Below, piece by piece: positions 31,566-41,879 of a DNA stretch of 64,000 nucleotides. The stretch is taken from NCBI GenBank assembly GCA_963845515.1, contig CAWJSR010000006.1:96001-160000 (forward strand). Reading direction: 5' to 3'. Below the pieces are notes generated by a model that saw only the letters and a program-made list of their open reading frames with translations, ran no database searches and was not told where the DNA came from. The DNA comes from an uncultured delta proteobacterium (GTDB lineage: Bacteria; Myxococcota; Myxococcia; Myxococcales; Anaeromyxobacteraceae). Within the stretch, counting starts at the first letter, position 1. Every line of letters starts with the position of its first letter. The translations under genes were made by a program, and so were the position numbers.

Positions 31566-32420
31566 TCACGCCAGCTCGCACCCCGGATCGGCGAGCGCCG
31601 CGCGGTCGTGCAGCTCGCGGACGCGGGCCGCCTCGTCATCCACCCGGCCCGATCCCAGCTCCACGAGGAACCGGCAGGCGCCGTAGCCCCGGCTGCGCTC
31701 CCCGTACTCGGCCAGCCACCGGTCGCGAGCGCCCCGCTCCGCAGCCCCGGCAGCTGGCCACTCGTGCGGGATCCGCTTCATGCCGACGCGCCGTGCCTTT
31801 GGCGTCAGCCGCGCGCGGAAGCAGCCCTGGACCTGGCAGAGCTTCGTGTAGAGCGGGTCGGAGCCGAGGCCGTGGAGGAGCCGCCGGGCCTCGGGGCCAC
31901 GGGGATCGAGGAGGCGGTCCATAAGGAGCACCCTCAGGCCGGCGCGGGTCCGGTAGACGCGCGCTCGTGCCCCCGGCTCCTTCCGCACCCAGCGCTCCAC
32001 GTGAGCGACGGCGCGCTCCTCCTCCGACTCACTCCGCTTGCCGCCGAAGAGCCTCTTCAGCGACGCGACGACGCCCGCTCCCGGCAGGTGGGCGAAGTCG
32101 AGATCGAAGAACGGGACGCGCGCGGTGTTGAGCACCTCCGACCCCTGCGCGTTGCGCGTGACGATCGCCCAGGGGTCACGCCCCACCTCCGGGTGGGACG
32201 CCAGCCGCTCCTCGCGCATCGGACGGTCCGCGTACTCGCCTCGGTCCGGCCTGCGTCCCGCGACGATCGCCGCGACGAGCTCGCCGACGCGCGCCCGCGC
32301 GGCAACCGCTGCCTCTTCCGAGCTCGAGTCGGACCAGCGCCAGGCGGTGACCCGGTGCTCGCCGTCGGGATCGAACCGGTGCTCGGCCTTCGCCCAGTGG
32401 AGGGGGACGTGCATCGCCAT
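31566..32420 (-). CDS. Conserved hypothetical protein
   Basis: Good codon usage and abuts the upstream stop. Motifs VTRN..G..VLNT, FFDLD, YRT.AGLR, SDPLY and CFRARLTPK. Confidence 0.7.
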   Translation of the reverse strand: MAMHVPLHWAKAEHRFDPDGEHRVTAWRWSDSSSEEAAVAARARVGELVAAIVAGRRPDRGEYADRPMREERLASHPEVGRDPWAIVTRNAQGSEVLNTARVPFFDLDFAHLPGAGVVASLKRLFGGKRSESEEERAVAHVERWVRKEPGARARVYRTRAGLRVLLMDRLLDPRGPEARRLLHGLGSDPLYTKLCQVQGCFRARLTPKARRVGMKRIPHEWPAAGAAERGARDRWLAEYGERSRGYGACRFLVELGSGRVDDEAARVRELHDRAALADPGCELA

Positions 32421-33371
32421 TCAGTAGCACTGCAGCACGAGCCACGCGCGGTCGAAGCGCCTGGCCTTCAGGTCCTCGTCGCGCGCGAGCAGGTAGAGCC
32501 GCCCCGCGTCCCCCCACATGAAGCCGGCCTCGTCGTCGGTGTCGAGCTGCCAGAGCAGGCGCCACTCGGAGGCGGGGGCGGGGGAGAGCCTCTCGCGAGC
32601 CTCGCGCGCCTTCTCGGGCGTCCCGGTCGACCCCCCCACGGCAGCGACCGCTGCGTCTCCCCGCCCGTTCCCCTGGATCCAGGCGGGGTGGCCGCCGACG
32701 CGGTGGTCGGGCTCCGGGACCAGCGCGGCTGCGTGATCGAAGTAGGCCTCGTCCGCCTCCCCGAAGGCGACGCCGTCGGGGAGATCCTCCGCGTCCGGAA
32801 GGACCCGCACAGCCGTCGCCCCGAGGACCCGCTCCTTGAAGGTCGTCGCCCCGGCCGGAGCCGCCCGCGGCTTCCCGGCGGCCGTGAGGTGTACGAGCCT
32901 GACGAAGGCGCCGTCGGTCGGCTCGAACCCCCAGCGCATCTCCTCCACGTCGTAGAAGAGGGCTAGCCGGCCTTCGGCGGGCAGCGCGGCGGCCACTTCC
33001 GGAGCCGCCCGGCGGAGCGCGGCGAGATCGAGCTCGCCGACGAAGGACATCGGGTGGGCCGGCGAGGCCGGCCAGGGGAAGCCGGCAGGGAGGCTGGGCT
33101 GGCCGCCGAGCCGCGCGACCGGATCGCCGCCAGGCCGGAGGCTGGCGGCGGCTGCGAGGACCCTCTCGAGCACGGAGCGGTGCGGCTCGAGCGCCGCGGG
33201 AAGCGGCACCTCCGTGCCGGCGAGCGGCGGTCCCGGCGGCGCTGCGGGATCGGCGGCGCGACCTGCGGTGATGGGCGTGCCCGACGGGCGCGACCGGAGC
33301 CAGCGCATGAGCCCGATGACCAGGAGCGCGACGACGAAGTAGCCGACGATCGTGACGAGCGACCGGTTCAT
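32421..33371 (-). CDS. YwqG/DUF1963 family protein with N-terminal TM anchor
   Basis: RLGGQP.LP...WP, FVGELDL, LP.EG.L.LFYD, HRVGGHP.WIQ and LLWQLDTD....MWGDAG.LY motifs, ending QCY. Confidence 0.85.
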   Translation of the reverse strand: MNRSLVTIVGYFVVALLVIGLMRWLRSRPSGTPITAGRAADPAAPPGPPLAGTEVPLPAALEPHRSVLERVLAAAASLRPGGDPVARLGGQPSLPAGFPWPASPAHPMSFVGELDLAALRRAAPEVAAALPAEGRLALFYDVEEMRWGFEPTDGAFVRLVHLTAAGKPRAAPAGATTFKERVLGATAVRVLPDAEDLPDGVAFGEADEAYFDHAAALVPEPDHRVGGHPAWIQGNGRGDAAVAAVGGSTGTPEKAREARERLSPAPASEWRLLWQLDTDDEAGFMWGDAGRLYLLARDEDLKARRFDRAWLVLQCY

Positions 33372-34237
33372 GGCTCGTGCTCTCCTTGGAGGGCGTCCGG
33401 CCCTCGGCGTGCGCCCATCCAGCGGACGGCCGTCCGGCGAGCGCGGAGGATCCAGCCGACCTCGAGGCCGATCGGGCAGAGGTGCGTGCAGTAGGACCGC
33501 GGGCCGATGAGCGGCATGCCGACGACGAAGTAGATGAGCTGCGAGCCGGCGAAGAACGCCAGCTTCTGGACTTGCCGCAAGGGCCCGGTGACGGAAGGGA
33601 GGAGCAGGATGGAGGCCAGCGCCAGCGTCATGAACAGGAAATAGGCGGGGGGCCCGTACCGCCTCAGTCGCGGGAGCCGTCCGGCGGGAGGCGAGAAGAG
33701 CCGGCCGAGGGCCTCCGAGTAGAAGGCGCCGTGTGGGCAGACCCAGCCGCAGAAGCCCTTGGCGCCCCAGGCCAGCGTCAGCGCCGGCACGCCGATGAAG
33801 CCGACCGCCAGGCTCAGTGTTGCGACGAGCGTCGTCGTCCTCGGATCGAACGCCAGGAGGGTCTGCGGCCACGGGTAGAGCACGGCCATCCAGGTGAAGT
33901 CGCGGAACGCGAGCGGCAGCGCCAGCACCGAGGCGTAGTGGAAGAACGCGACCGACGCCAGCCGCGCACGCCGCTCGGGATGCTTGACCGCGAAGTACGC
34001 GATCAGCCCCGCCATGATCAGCTCGAAGAGCCCGAACGTCGACCGCAGGAAGGTCGTGAGGAACTGCTGGTGCATCGACCTCGACACGATCGACACGTCC
34101 ATCACGATCTTCACGAGGTCCACGGTGAAGATCGCGGTGACGAAGACCCACAAGAGGAGCTTCAGGAGCCGGAAGCCGCGCCTGCCCTCCAGTGGTGGCC
34201 GCGCCGTCGGCGTGCCGGCGCTCGCTCCGAGGGGCAC
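33368..34237 (-). CDS. Membrane 4Fe-4S binding protein (NapH/MauN/Fer4_5-like)
   Basis: Several TM segments with FCGWVCPHG and YCTHLCPIG motifs. Confidence 0.75.
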   Translation of the reverse strand: MPLGASAGTPTARPPLEGRRGFRLLKLLLWVFVTAIFTVDLVKIVMDVSIVSRSMHQQFLTTFLRSTFGLFELIMAGLIAYFAVKHPERRARLASVAFFHYASVLALPLAFRDFTWMAVLYPWPQTLLAFDPRTTTLVATLSLAVGFIGVPALTLAWGAKGFCGWVCPHGAFYSEALGRLFSPPAGRLPRLRRYGPPAYFLFMTLALASILLLPSVTGPLRQVQKLAFFAGSQLIYFVVGMPLIGPRSYCTHLCPIGLEVGWILRARRTAVRWMGARRGPDALQGEHEP

Positions 34238-34241
34238 GCCG

Positions 34242-36697
34242 CTACTTCCTGGGGACCTTGGCGGAGAGGTCCTTGTTCTTCTGCGTGTAGCGGGCGACCT
34301 CGCCGTTCAGGAAGTCGTTCTCGCCACGGAGATCCTCGACCTCCTCGGCGAGCCGCGCCAGCTCCAGCCGCATCTTGGCCACTTCCTCCGGCGGCGGGCC
34401 CTGGTAGGCCGACTTCGCCGGCTGCGCCTCCAGCTCCTGGACCCGCTTCTTGAGCGTCAGCTCCGAGCGCGCGCGCTGCTCGAGGTGGCGCTCCAGCTCC
34501 ACCATCGCCGCCTTGAGCCGCGCGACCTCGGCCTGCTGCCGGCGCTCCCCCTCGGCCGCGTCCGCCAGGACCGCGCGGCGCCGCTCGTCCGCCTCTGAGC
34601 GGACCCGGTCGGCCTCGGCGGTCCGCGCGGCGAGCGCGTTCTCCGTGTCCCCCAGCTTCTTGCGGGCCGCGCCCAGCTCCGACTCCATCCGGGCGAGCTG
34701 CGCCTGGAGCTTCCCGGTCTCGACGGCAAGCTGCTCCTGGAGCCGCGCGCGGTCGGCGCCGCCAGCCTGCGCCTGGCGCGAGGCCGCCTCGAGCGCCGCC
34801 GTCCGCTGCTGGATGATCTCCCTGGCCTGCGCCACGTCGCGTCGCAGCCGGACCGCCTCCTCCGCGATCGGCTCCAGCTTCCGCAGGCGGTCGATGTCTC
34901 CCTGCAGCCGCTCGTTCCGCTCCTGCTCGGACAGCAGCTCGCTGCGGGCGCCCTCGAGGTCGCGCCCCAGCCTGTCGCGCTCGGCCTGGGTCTCCGCGGC
35001 GCGGCGCTCGGCGTCGGCGCGCGCGCTCTCGACGTTCTCCAGCTCCCCGCGCGTCCCCTCGATGTCGGCCCGATCGGCCTCCAGCGCCTGGCCCAGCTCC
35101 GCGATCCGCTGCTCGGCGGCCTCGTGCTCGGACTGCTTCGCCTGGAGCGCCTGCTCCACGGCGGCGAGCTGCTCGGCCGTGGCCCTCGTCTCCTCTTGCG
35201 CTGCGCCGAGCTCGTTCTCCAGGGCCTGGCGCGCCTCGCCGCCGCGCGCGACCTCGGCCCCCAGCTCCTCGATCTTCCCGAGCGCCTCGGCCAGCTCGGC
35301 GGCGGCGGTCTGCGCGCGCGCCGAGGCCTCGTCGATCCGCCCCTGCAGCTCGCGCGCGTGCTCGTCCGCGGCGGCCTTCTCCTCCGCGGCCTGGGCTTGC
35401 TCGGACTCCAGCAGCGCTCGCAGCTCCTTGCCCTGGGCGATCGCCTCGTCGCGCTCGCCGGTCATCTCCTGGAGCTGCGCCTCGGCCGCCTCCCTCTCCG
35501 CGACCACCTCGGCGCGCTCGGCGGCGCGCTGCCCCTCCAGCTCGCCGACTCGCTCCTGGTGGGCCTGCTCCAGCTCGGCCCGCTCCGCCTCGAACCGGGC
35601 GCGGTCGTCCGCGCGATCCCCTTCAAGCGCCGCGACGGCGCGCGCGTGGGACTCCCCATCCTCGGAGAGCTGCGCCTCGAGCCGTGCGCGCTGCTCCTCG
35701 GACTGCCCGATCCGCTGCGACCAGCTGGCCTCGGCGGCCTCCTGCTGCTGCATCGTCTCGTTCAGGACGTCCGAGAGCGACTGCCGGGTCGACTCGCTCT
35801 GCGCGAGCTGCGCCTCGATGTCGCCGATCCGCGCGTCCTTCTGCTCCCCGGCCTGCAGGGACTCCCCGAGCTGAGCCTCGATCGCCGCGAGCTGGTCCCG
35901 CGTCTGCTGGAGCTCCTCGCCGAGCCCGTCGATCTCCGCCAGCATCGCGGTGCTCTGCGCCTTGGCTGTGGCGAAGGCGTCGCGCACCTTCGCGAGGAAC
36001 GTGTCGCGCGCGCGGAGCCGGTCGCGGAAGAACTCGAGCTTCTCCTCCGGGGAGCCCTTCGGCGGCGCCGGATCCCGCGGCCACTCGCTCAGCACCTCGC
36101 TCGGATCGCCCCTGGGGATCTGGATCCTGACCCGGCCGGGCGCCTGCGAGGGGCGCGGCGGTGGCGAGCCGCCCGGAGGGAGCCGCGGCGGCATCGGCGG
36201 CGGTCCGCCATGCGCGACCCCCGGCATGGGCGGCGGCCCGTCGGCCGACCTGGGTGGGCTGGCCGCCGGCGGGGCGCCGTGGCGGGATCGGCAGGCGCGG
36301 CCGACGTCGGCGGCGGGGAGAGCGAGGGCGCGTTCGCGAGCAGGTTCGCGGCGTGGCCGAGCAGGTCGGCGAGATCGAACGGACGGCGCAGGTACTCGTC
36401 AGCGCGGGTCCGCGTCGCCTGGTGGGCCGCGACCGCCTGGTCGGTGGCCTCGCTCGTATAGAGGACGAGCGGCACCTGCGGCAGGGCCCGCTTCAGCCTG
36501 TTGCAGACCGAGAACCCGCTCATGTCGGGCAGCTCGGCGGCGAGGACCACGAGGCTGAACGGGCTGACGCGGACGCGCTCGACCGCCTCCTCGCCGGAGC
36601 CGACGACCTGCACGGAGAAGCCGGCGGGCTCGAAGGCTGCCCGGATCTCGTCGGAGAAGCCCGCGTCGGGCTCCACGAGTAGAACGTTCCACGCCAT
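34242..36697 (-). CDS. Pseudo-receiver + Pro-rich linker + long coiled-coil protein (AglZ/FrzS-like motility regulator; frameshift at ~36270)
   Basis: ATG at 36697 gives MAWNVLLVEPD...LVVLAAELPDMSGFSVC...ADEYL.RPF, with Ala at the phospho-Asp position. About 600 aa of heptad repeats follow in ORF 34242-36227. Confidence 0.75.
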
Positions 36698-36826
36698 TCG
36701 CAGGATGCTACCGCCGAACCGTCCCGCGCCCCACTCCCTCGAGGAAACGATATCGGGGCTCGGCCTGCATGGGGGGAGTGGCGGCGCGGCTCCGGAAGCG
36801 GTAGACGACGCGCGGGAGCCCGCACG

Positions 36827-37678
36827 ATGCCGACCTACTCGCTGACGATCGACGCCCCGAAGGACTTCTCCGAGGAGCTCTCCGCAGAGCTCTTCGACCT
36901 GGGGGCGAGCGGCGTCGAGGTCCGCGACGGGGAGGGGACGCCGATGCCGGGTGTCGCCCAGCCGGCGGCCGGCCGGGCCACCGTCCTCGCCTGGTTCGCC
37001 GAGAAGGCCGACGCGGAGGCGGCCCGGGTCGAGCATGGCGGCGAGCTCTCCGAGGTGGCCGACGCGGACTGGGGGGAGGAGTGGAAGAAGGGGCTGAAGG
37101 CGTTCTCGATCGGACGCGTCTGGGTGCGCCCAACCTGGATCACCGAGCAGGCGCCGCCGGGCGCGGTCGAGGTGGTCCTGGATCCCGGGATGGCCTTCGG
37201 GACGGGCACGCACCCGACGACGTCGCTCTGCCTCGCTGCCCTCTCGGACCTCCTCGCGGCCCGCCCGGGCGCGAGCGTGCTCGACGTGGGGACGGGGTCG
37301 GGGCTGCTCGCCATCTCCGCGAAGAAGCTCGGGGCCGGACGCGTTGCGAGCAACGACAACGATCCGATCGCGGTGAGGGTCGCGCGCGAGAACGCCGAGG
37401 CCAACGGCGCGTCGCTCGAGCTCACGGTCGCGCCGGTCGAGCAGATCGACGGCACCTTCGACGTGGTGGTCGCCAACATCCTGGCCAACACGCTGGTGGA
37501 GCTCGCGCCTGCGCTCGCCGCGAAGCTGGCGCCCGGCGGGGTGGTGCTCCTCTCCGGCATCCTCGGTCCGCAGGAGGCGGAGGTCCGCGCCGCCTACCAG
37601 GCGCAGCGGCTCACGCCGTTCCCCGGCGGCGATCGCCGAGATGGCGAGTGGTCGCTCCTCGCGCTCTCGAAGCCATGA
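36827..37678 (+). CDS. prmA: Ribosomal protein L11 methyltransferase
   Basis: DW.EEWK, LDPGMAFGTGTHPTT, LDVGTGSG, VANILA and LSGIL. Confidence 0.93.
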   Translation: MPTYSLTIDAPKDFSEELSAELFDLGASGVEVRDGEGTPMPGVAQPAAGRATVLAWFAEKADAEAARVEHGGELSEVADADWGEEWKKGLKAFSIGRVWVRPTWITEQAPPGAVEVVLDPGMAFGTGTHPTTSLCLAALSDLLAARPGASVLDVGTGSGLLAISAKKLGAGRVASNDNDPIAVRVARENAEANGASLELTVAPVEQIDGTFDVVVANILANTLVELAPALAAKLAPGGVVLLSGILGPQEAEVRAAYQAQRLTPFPGGDRRDGEWSLLALSKP

Positions 37679-38388
37679 AGCGCCGGATCCACGTCCCGCC
37701 GGAGCGGATCGAGGGGGCGACGGCGCGGCTCGACGAGCCCGGACGTCACTACCTCCACGACGTGCTCCGGCTGGAGGTGGGGGCCGCGGTCGAGGTGTTC
37801 GACGGGCGCGGAGGGCTCTACGACGGTCGGGTCGAGCCAGGCTTCGAGAGGCTCGCGCTCGGCGTGCGCCGCGACGCGCCGCCGGGCGGCGCCAACATTC
37901 ACCTGGCGCTCGCCCTCGCCAAGGGGGAGAAGGTCGAGCTCGTCGTGCAGAAGGCGACCGAGCTCGGCGTCGCCCGGATCGTGCCTTGGGAGGCGGAGCG
38001 CTCGGTCGTCCGCCTGGAGAAGGAGCGCGCCGAGGAGCGGGCGAAGCGCTGGCGCCGGATCGCCGAGGAGGCCGCACGTCAGTGCGGCCGCGCCGACGTC
38101 CCGGAGGTGCGCGTCCCCGCGTCGTTCCAGGAGCTCGTCGCAGAGATCCCCCCCGGCTTCCTCCCGGTGGTCTTCCACGGCGAGGGGAGCGCGCCGATCG
38201 CGCGGCTCCCGGCGGCCGCCGGGGTGCTGGCGGTGGTGGGGCCGGAGGGCGGCCTCACCACGGCCGAGCTGGGGACGCTCTCCCGCGCCGGCGCGGCGCT
38301 GGCGTCGCTCGGCCCCCGCACGCTCCGCGCCGAGACCGCCGCCATCGCGGCGGTCGCGCTGCTGCAGGCGCGCTACGGGGACATGTGA
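37675..38388 (+). CDS. rsmE: 16S rRNA m3U1498 methyltransferase
   Basis: HY..VLRL, QKATELGV, EAARQCGR, VGPEGG and LGPRTLRAETA. Confidence 0.93.
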   Translation: MKRRIHVPPERIEGATARLDEPGRHYLHDVLRLEVGAAVEVFDGRGGLYDGRVEPGFERLALGVRRDAPPGGANIHLALALAKGEKVELVVQKATELGVARIVPWEAERSVVRLEKERAEERAKRWRRIAEEAARQCGRADVPEVRVPASFQELVAEIPPGFLPVVFHGEGSAPIARLPAAAGVLAVVGPEGGLTTAELGTLSRAGAALASLGPRTLRAETAAIAAVALLQARYGDM

Positions 38389-38392
38389 GAGT

Positions 38393-38430
38393 CACCTGCC
38401 CTCTCCCCCGGTGGAGGAGAGGGCAGGGTG
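38393..38430. repeat. REP-like palindrome, copy 3 (between convergent rsmE and ACT genes)
   Basis: cacctgccctctcc-cccggtgga-ggagagggcagggtg. Confidence 0.65.
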
Positions 38431-38443
38431 CAGGTGGGGAGGT

Positions 38444-38830
38444 CTACCGCGCCGCCTTCGCCGCCGCCTTGATGTCCGGGACGCCGAGGAAGACGGTGCA
38501 CTTGCGCGCCGGCGCCGTCCCGATCATGACGTGGCTGATGTTGATCCCGGCCGCGCCAAGCTTCGTCGTCGCAGTGGCCAGGGTCCCCGCCTTGTCGGCG
38601 AGCTCCAGCTCCAGGACGTCCTTCTCCTCCACCTGGAGCCCCAGCTTCGCGAGGATCTTCTTCGCCGCCGCGGGCTGGTCCGCGACCAGCCGTACGACGC
38701 CCTCCATGCCCTCGACCCATGCGTTGATGGCTCGCAGGTTCACCTTCTTCGCCGCCAGCGCCGCGGTGATCTCGCCGAGCTTCCCGGGCGCGTCTGTGAC
38801 TCGGAACTTGAGCTCTTTCGCCTTCGCCAT
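38444..38830 (-). CDS. Tandem ACT-domain protein
   Basis: D.PG.LG.I...LA...VNL and DKAG.LA.....LG.AGINI repeats; GGAGG upstream of ATG 38830. Confidence 0.85.
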   Translation of the reverse strand: MAKAKELKFRVTDAPGKLGEITAALAAKKVNLRAINAWVEGMEGVVRLVADQPAAAKKILAKLGLQVEEKDVLELELADKAGTLATATTKLGAAGINISHVMIGTAPARKCTVFLGVPDIKAAAKAAR

Positions 38831-38960
38831 GTGAGAAACCTCCGTTGAGCCGCGATTGGACCTTGTCCCGCCACGCCGCGGCAAGCTCACGCACGGGGCG
38901 CTTCGGTTGATTCCGGTCGCCGGCTGGCGTGCTCACCGGCTCGCCCTTAAGCTTCCGCCC

Positions 38961-39602
38961 GTGGACCCCTGTCCCCGCTGCGGGCGCCAGAACGCGCCGA
39001 ACGCCCGGGCCTGCGCAGGCTGCGGGACGCCGCTCGCCTTCGGCGAGGAGCCCGCGCTCCGCTCGCTCGACCTCGAGCTGGATCTCGATAGACGGGGCCG
39101 GGAGCGTTCGCAGGCCGAGCCGGCGGAGCCGGCCGAAGCGCCTGCCGACGGGGCGGACGACCTGCGTCCGGCCCCCCCCGAGCGCCGAGCGGTCGCCTGG
39201 GCGATCGACGGGGCGCTCGTCGCGCTGGTCGGGGCGGCGCTGCCCATCGCGCTGCTCGCCTCCAGCGGCGCCCTCCGGGCGGAGGGGTCGCTCCAGCGGG
39301 CGGTGGCTGGGAACCTTCCGATCGTCCTGCCGAGCCTCGCGTTCGTCGCGGTGGCCGCCTTCGTCTATGCGACCGTCGCCCACGCGCTCGCCGGCGCCAC
39401 GCTGGGCAAGCGGATCGCCCGGATCCGCGTGGTCGACGCCGCCGGACACCCCCCTGGCATCGCCTGCAGCGCGTCGCGCTCGGCGTGGGCCGTCGCCTCC
39501 ATCGCCCTCGCCGGCGCCGGCATGCTCCCCGCGATCCTCGGCTCGTCCCGGCGCGCGCTCCACGACCTCCTCGCGGGGACGCGGGTGGTCGAGGCCCCAT
39601 GA
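38961..39602 (+). CDS. Zinc-ribbon + RDD family membrane protein
   Basis: CPRCG...CAGCG, RRAVAWAIDG, GATLGKR...IRVV and RALHDLLAGTRVV. Confidence 0.85.
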   Translation: MDPCPRCGRQNAPNARACAGCGTPLAFGEEPALRSLDLELDLDRRGRERSQAEPAEPAEAPADGADDLRPAPPERRAVAWAIDGALVALVGAALPIALLASSGALRAEGSLQRAVAGNLPIVLPSLAFVAVAAFVYATVAHALAGATLGKRIARIRVVDAAGHPPGIACSASRSAWAVASIALAGAGMLPAILGSSRRALHDLLAGTRVVEAP

Positions 39603-39632
39603 CCCGCCGTCCCCCGTGATAGAAAGGAACCT

Positions 39633-41879
39633 GTGCCCCAGGACCTCGCCGCGCTCCTCATGGAAGAGGGCGCGGTCTCCAAGGCTGACATGGACCGCGC
39701 CGTCGCCCGCCAGACCCAGCTTGGCGGCGCGCTCGACACCGCGCTCCTCGAGCTCGGCCTGATCGGCGAGGGGCACCTCCTCTCCTTCCTTTCGCACGCC
39801 TCCGGACTCCCGGCGGTGCCGGTGGCCGCGCTCGCGGAGATCGATCCGAGGGCACGCAGGGTCTTCCCTGCCAAGGTCGCGGAGCGCCACAGGCTGGCCC
39901 CCTTCGCGCTCGACGGGCGCGAGCTGTCGGTCGTCGCAGTCCACCCGGTGGACGCCGCGTCCATCGACGAGATCGGCTTCATGCTCTCGCTGACGCTGGT
40001 GACCCACGTCGGTCCGGAGTGGCGCGTCCAGGAGCTGATCCAGCGGCTCTACGGCGGCCAGCTCTCTGCCAGGCTCTCCAGGCTCGCGGAGGCCCTGCCC
40101 GCGGAGCCGCCTGTCCGGGCGCCCGCCTCCACGGAGGACGAGGCGACGCCACCCGCGGCTCCCGCGCCCGCTTCGGTCTCCATCGAGGAGGCCTTCTTCG
40201 CCGCTGGGGAGGCGGGGACGTTCAAGGTCACGGGAGGAGACCTCTCCCGCGGCGGGGGAGAAGGGCGGGTCCAGGACGAGACCTCCTTCGGGGACGTCGA
40301 GCCCGTGCGCCCGCCGCCGAGCGGCTTCGGGCGGGACGACGCCGAGCCGGCCGAGCCGCTTCTCGCGGCGCTGGAGCAGGCCGTGGATGCCTTCGACGCG
40401 GTCTCGATCGACGTCGAGCCCCCTGCGGAGGAACCTGCCGCGCCGCCTGCGGCCACGGAGCCCGAGGGTGGCGTGGCCGGGGGGGCCGTGCCAGTGGCAG
40501 GGCAGAGGCAGAGGCAGCGGACGCGGACGCGGAGCCCGCCGCCCGCGGCCGGCGAGCCGCCGCAGGAGGACGTCGAGCCGGAGGAGCCGCCCGTCCTCGA
40601 TCGCTCTGCGCCGCCGCACTGGTCGCTCGAGGCCGCGTCCGCCGCCCTGTCGGCGGCGCGCCACAGGGACGAGGTGGTCCTCATCGCGCTCAGGTACGCG
40701 CGCGACTTCTTCGAGTTCGCCGCGCTCTTCGCCGTGACGCGCGACGCAGTGGTCGGACACGATGGGCTCGGCGTCCAGGAGGACGCTCGCAGCCACAGCC
40801 GCGGGACCGCCATCTACGCCTCCGACGCTGGGGTCGTGAGGACCGTGCTGGAGACGCGCGCGCCGTACCTCGGGCCAGCGGACCGCGACGTGGCGGGGAC
40901 GGCCAACGTCCTCGACGGGCTCTGGCGGGGGACGCCTCGCACCGTCCTGCTCTATCCGATCCTGCTCGGCGAGCGCCCCGTCGCCGTCCTGTACGCCGAC
41001 AACGGCGAGGCGCCGGTCTCCCCGCGCCGGCTCGGCGACCTGCTCCTCTTCCTCTCGACCGTGGGCAGCAACTTCGAGCGGATCATTCGCGCCCGGAAGA
41101 AGCGGAGGCCGCGCGCCGCGCCGCGCCCGCCGCCGCCTTCTCCGCCGCCTGAGGCTCCCCACCAGGAGCCCGTCCCGGAGTGGATGGCGCAGCCGCCGAG
41201 CGAGTCGCCCACTCTCCCCGAGGCGCCCGGCGCGTCCACTTCCCCCGGCGCGGGAGAGCGGACTGGTCACGTGGGCGATGCCGGCGAAGCCGTGGAGTCG
41301 GCGATGGCCGCGCTCCTGACCGAGGCCAGCGGAGGTTCGACCGATCACTCCGCGGCCATCGTGGATCTGGTCCTCGATCCGAGCGCCGAGGTGGCCGCCG
41401 CGGCGCGCGAGGCGCTCGTCTCCCGCCGGAGAGAGCCGGCGGTGCGGCCGCTGCCCGAGCGGCTGCGGCGCGCCCTCCTCTCCGGCGTCGGCAGCAGGCC
41501 GGTGCTGGCCGCCAGGGCGCTGGGCGCGCTCCGGGACGTGGAGTCGATCCCGATCCTCATCCAGGCGCTGGAGAGCGGCTCGCCGGAGACCGCGGAGGCG
41601 GCGGCCGAAGCCCTGGCGGGGATCACGATGCAGCGGCACGGGCCCAACCCGCAGAAGTGGCTGCGATGGTGGAAGGAGAACCGCGGGCGCTCGCGGGCGG
41701 AGTGGCTCTTCGCGGCCCTCACGTCTCCGGACCGCGACCTGCGGCTGGCGGCCTCGGGTGAGCTTCGCTCCGCCGGGGATCCGCCGGTGCGCTACTCCGT
41801 CGACATGCCCTCGGCGGAGCTGGATGCCGCCTCCCGCGCGTGGTGGGTCTGGTGGTCGCGGCAGGGCATCACGCTCTGA
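39633..41879 (+). CDS. GspE/PilB N-terminal (MshEN-like) domain + GAF-like + HEAT-repeat protein
   Basis: N-terminal LAALL...G.V....RA..RQ...GG.LDT.LLELG, then an acidic/Pro linker. Central LRYARDFFE..ALF block and C-terminal HEAT-like repeats. Confidence 0.7.
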   Translation: MPQDLAALLMEEGAVSKADMDRAVARQTQLGGALDTALLELGLIGEGHLLSFLSHASGLPAVPVAALAEIDPRARRVFPAKVAERHRLAPFALDGRELSVVAVHPVDAASIDEIGFMLSLTLVTHVGPEWRVQELIQRLYGGQLSARLSRLAEALPAEPPVRAPASTEDEATPPAAPAPASVSIEEAFFAAGEAGTFKVTGGDLSRGGGEGRVQDETSFGDVEPVRPPPSGFGRDDAEPAEPLLAALEQAVDAFDAVSIDVEPPAEEPAAPPAATEPEGGVAGGAVPVAGQRQRQRTRTRSPPPAAGEPPQEDVEPEEPPVLDRSAPPHWSLEAASAALSAARHRDEVVLIALRYARDFFEFAALFAVTRDAVVGHDGLGVQEDARSHSRGTAIYASDAGVVRTVLETRAPYLGPADRDVAGTANVLDGLWRGTPRTVLLYPILLGERPVAVLYADNGEAPVSPRRLGDLLLFLSTVGSNFERIIRARKKRRPRAAPRPPPPSPPPEAPHQEPVPEWMAQPPSESPTLPEAPGASTSPGAGERTGHVGDAGEAVESAMAALLTEASGGSTDHSAAIVDLVLDPSAEVAAAAREALVSRRREPAVRPLPERLRRALLSGVGSRPVLAARALGALRDVESIPILIQALESGSPETAEAAAEALAGITMQRHGPNPQKWLRWWKENRGRSRAEWLFAALTSPDRDLRLAASGELRSAGDPPVRYSVDMPSAELDAASRAWWVWWSRQGITL

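Noticed and set aside
40495..40535. RQRQRQRTRTR hexamer repeat as a contingency locus
   Set aside because: It is short and imperfect. Another frame reads AEAEAADADAEP, which fits the acidic linker, so it is likely low-complexity linker or compensating indels.
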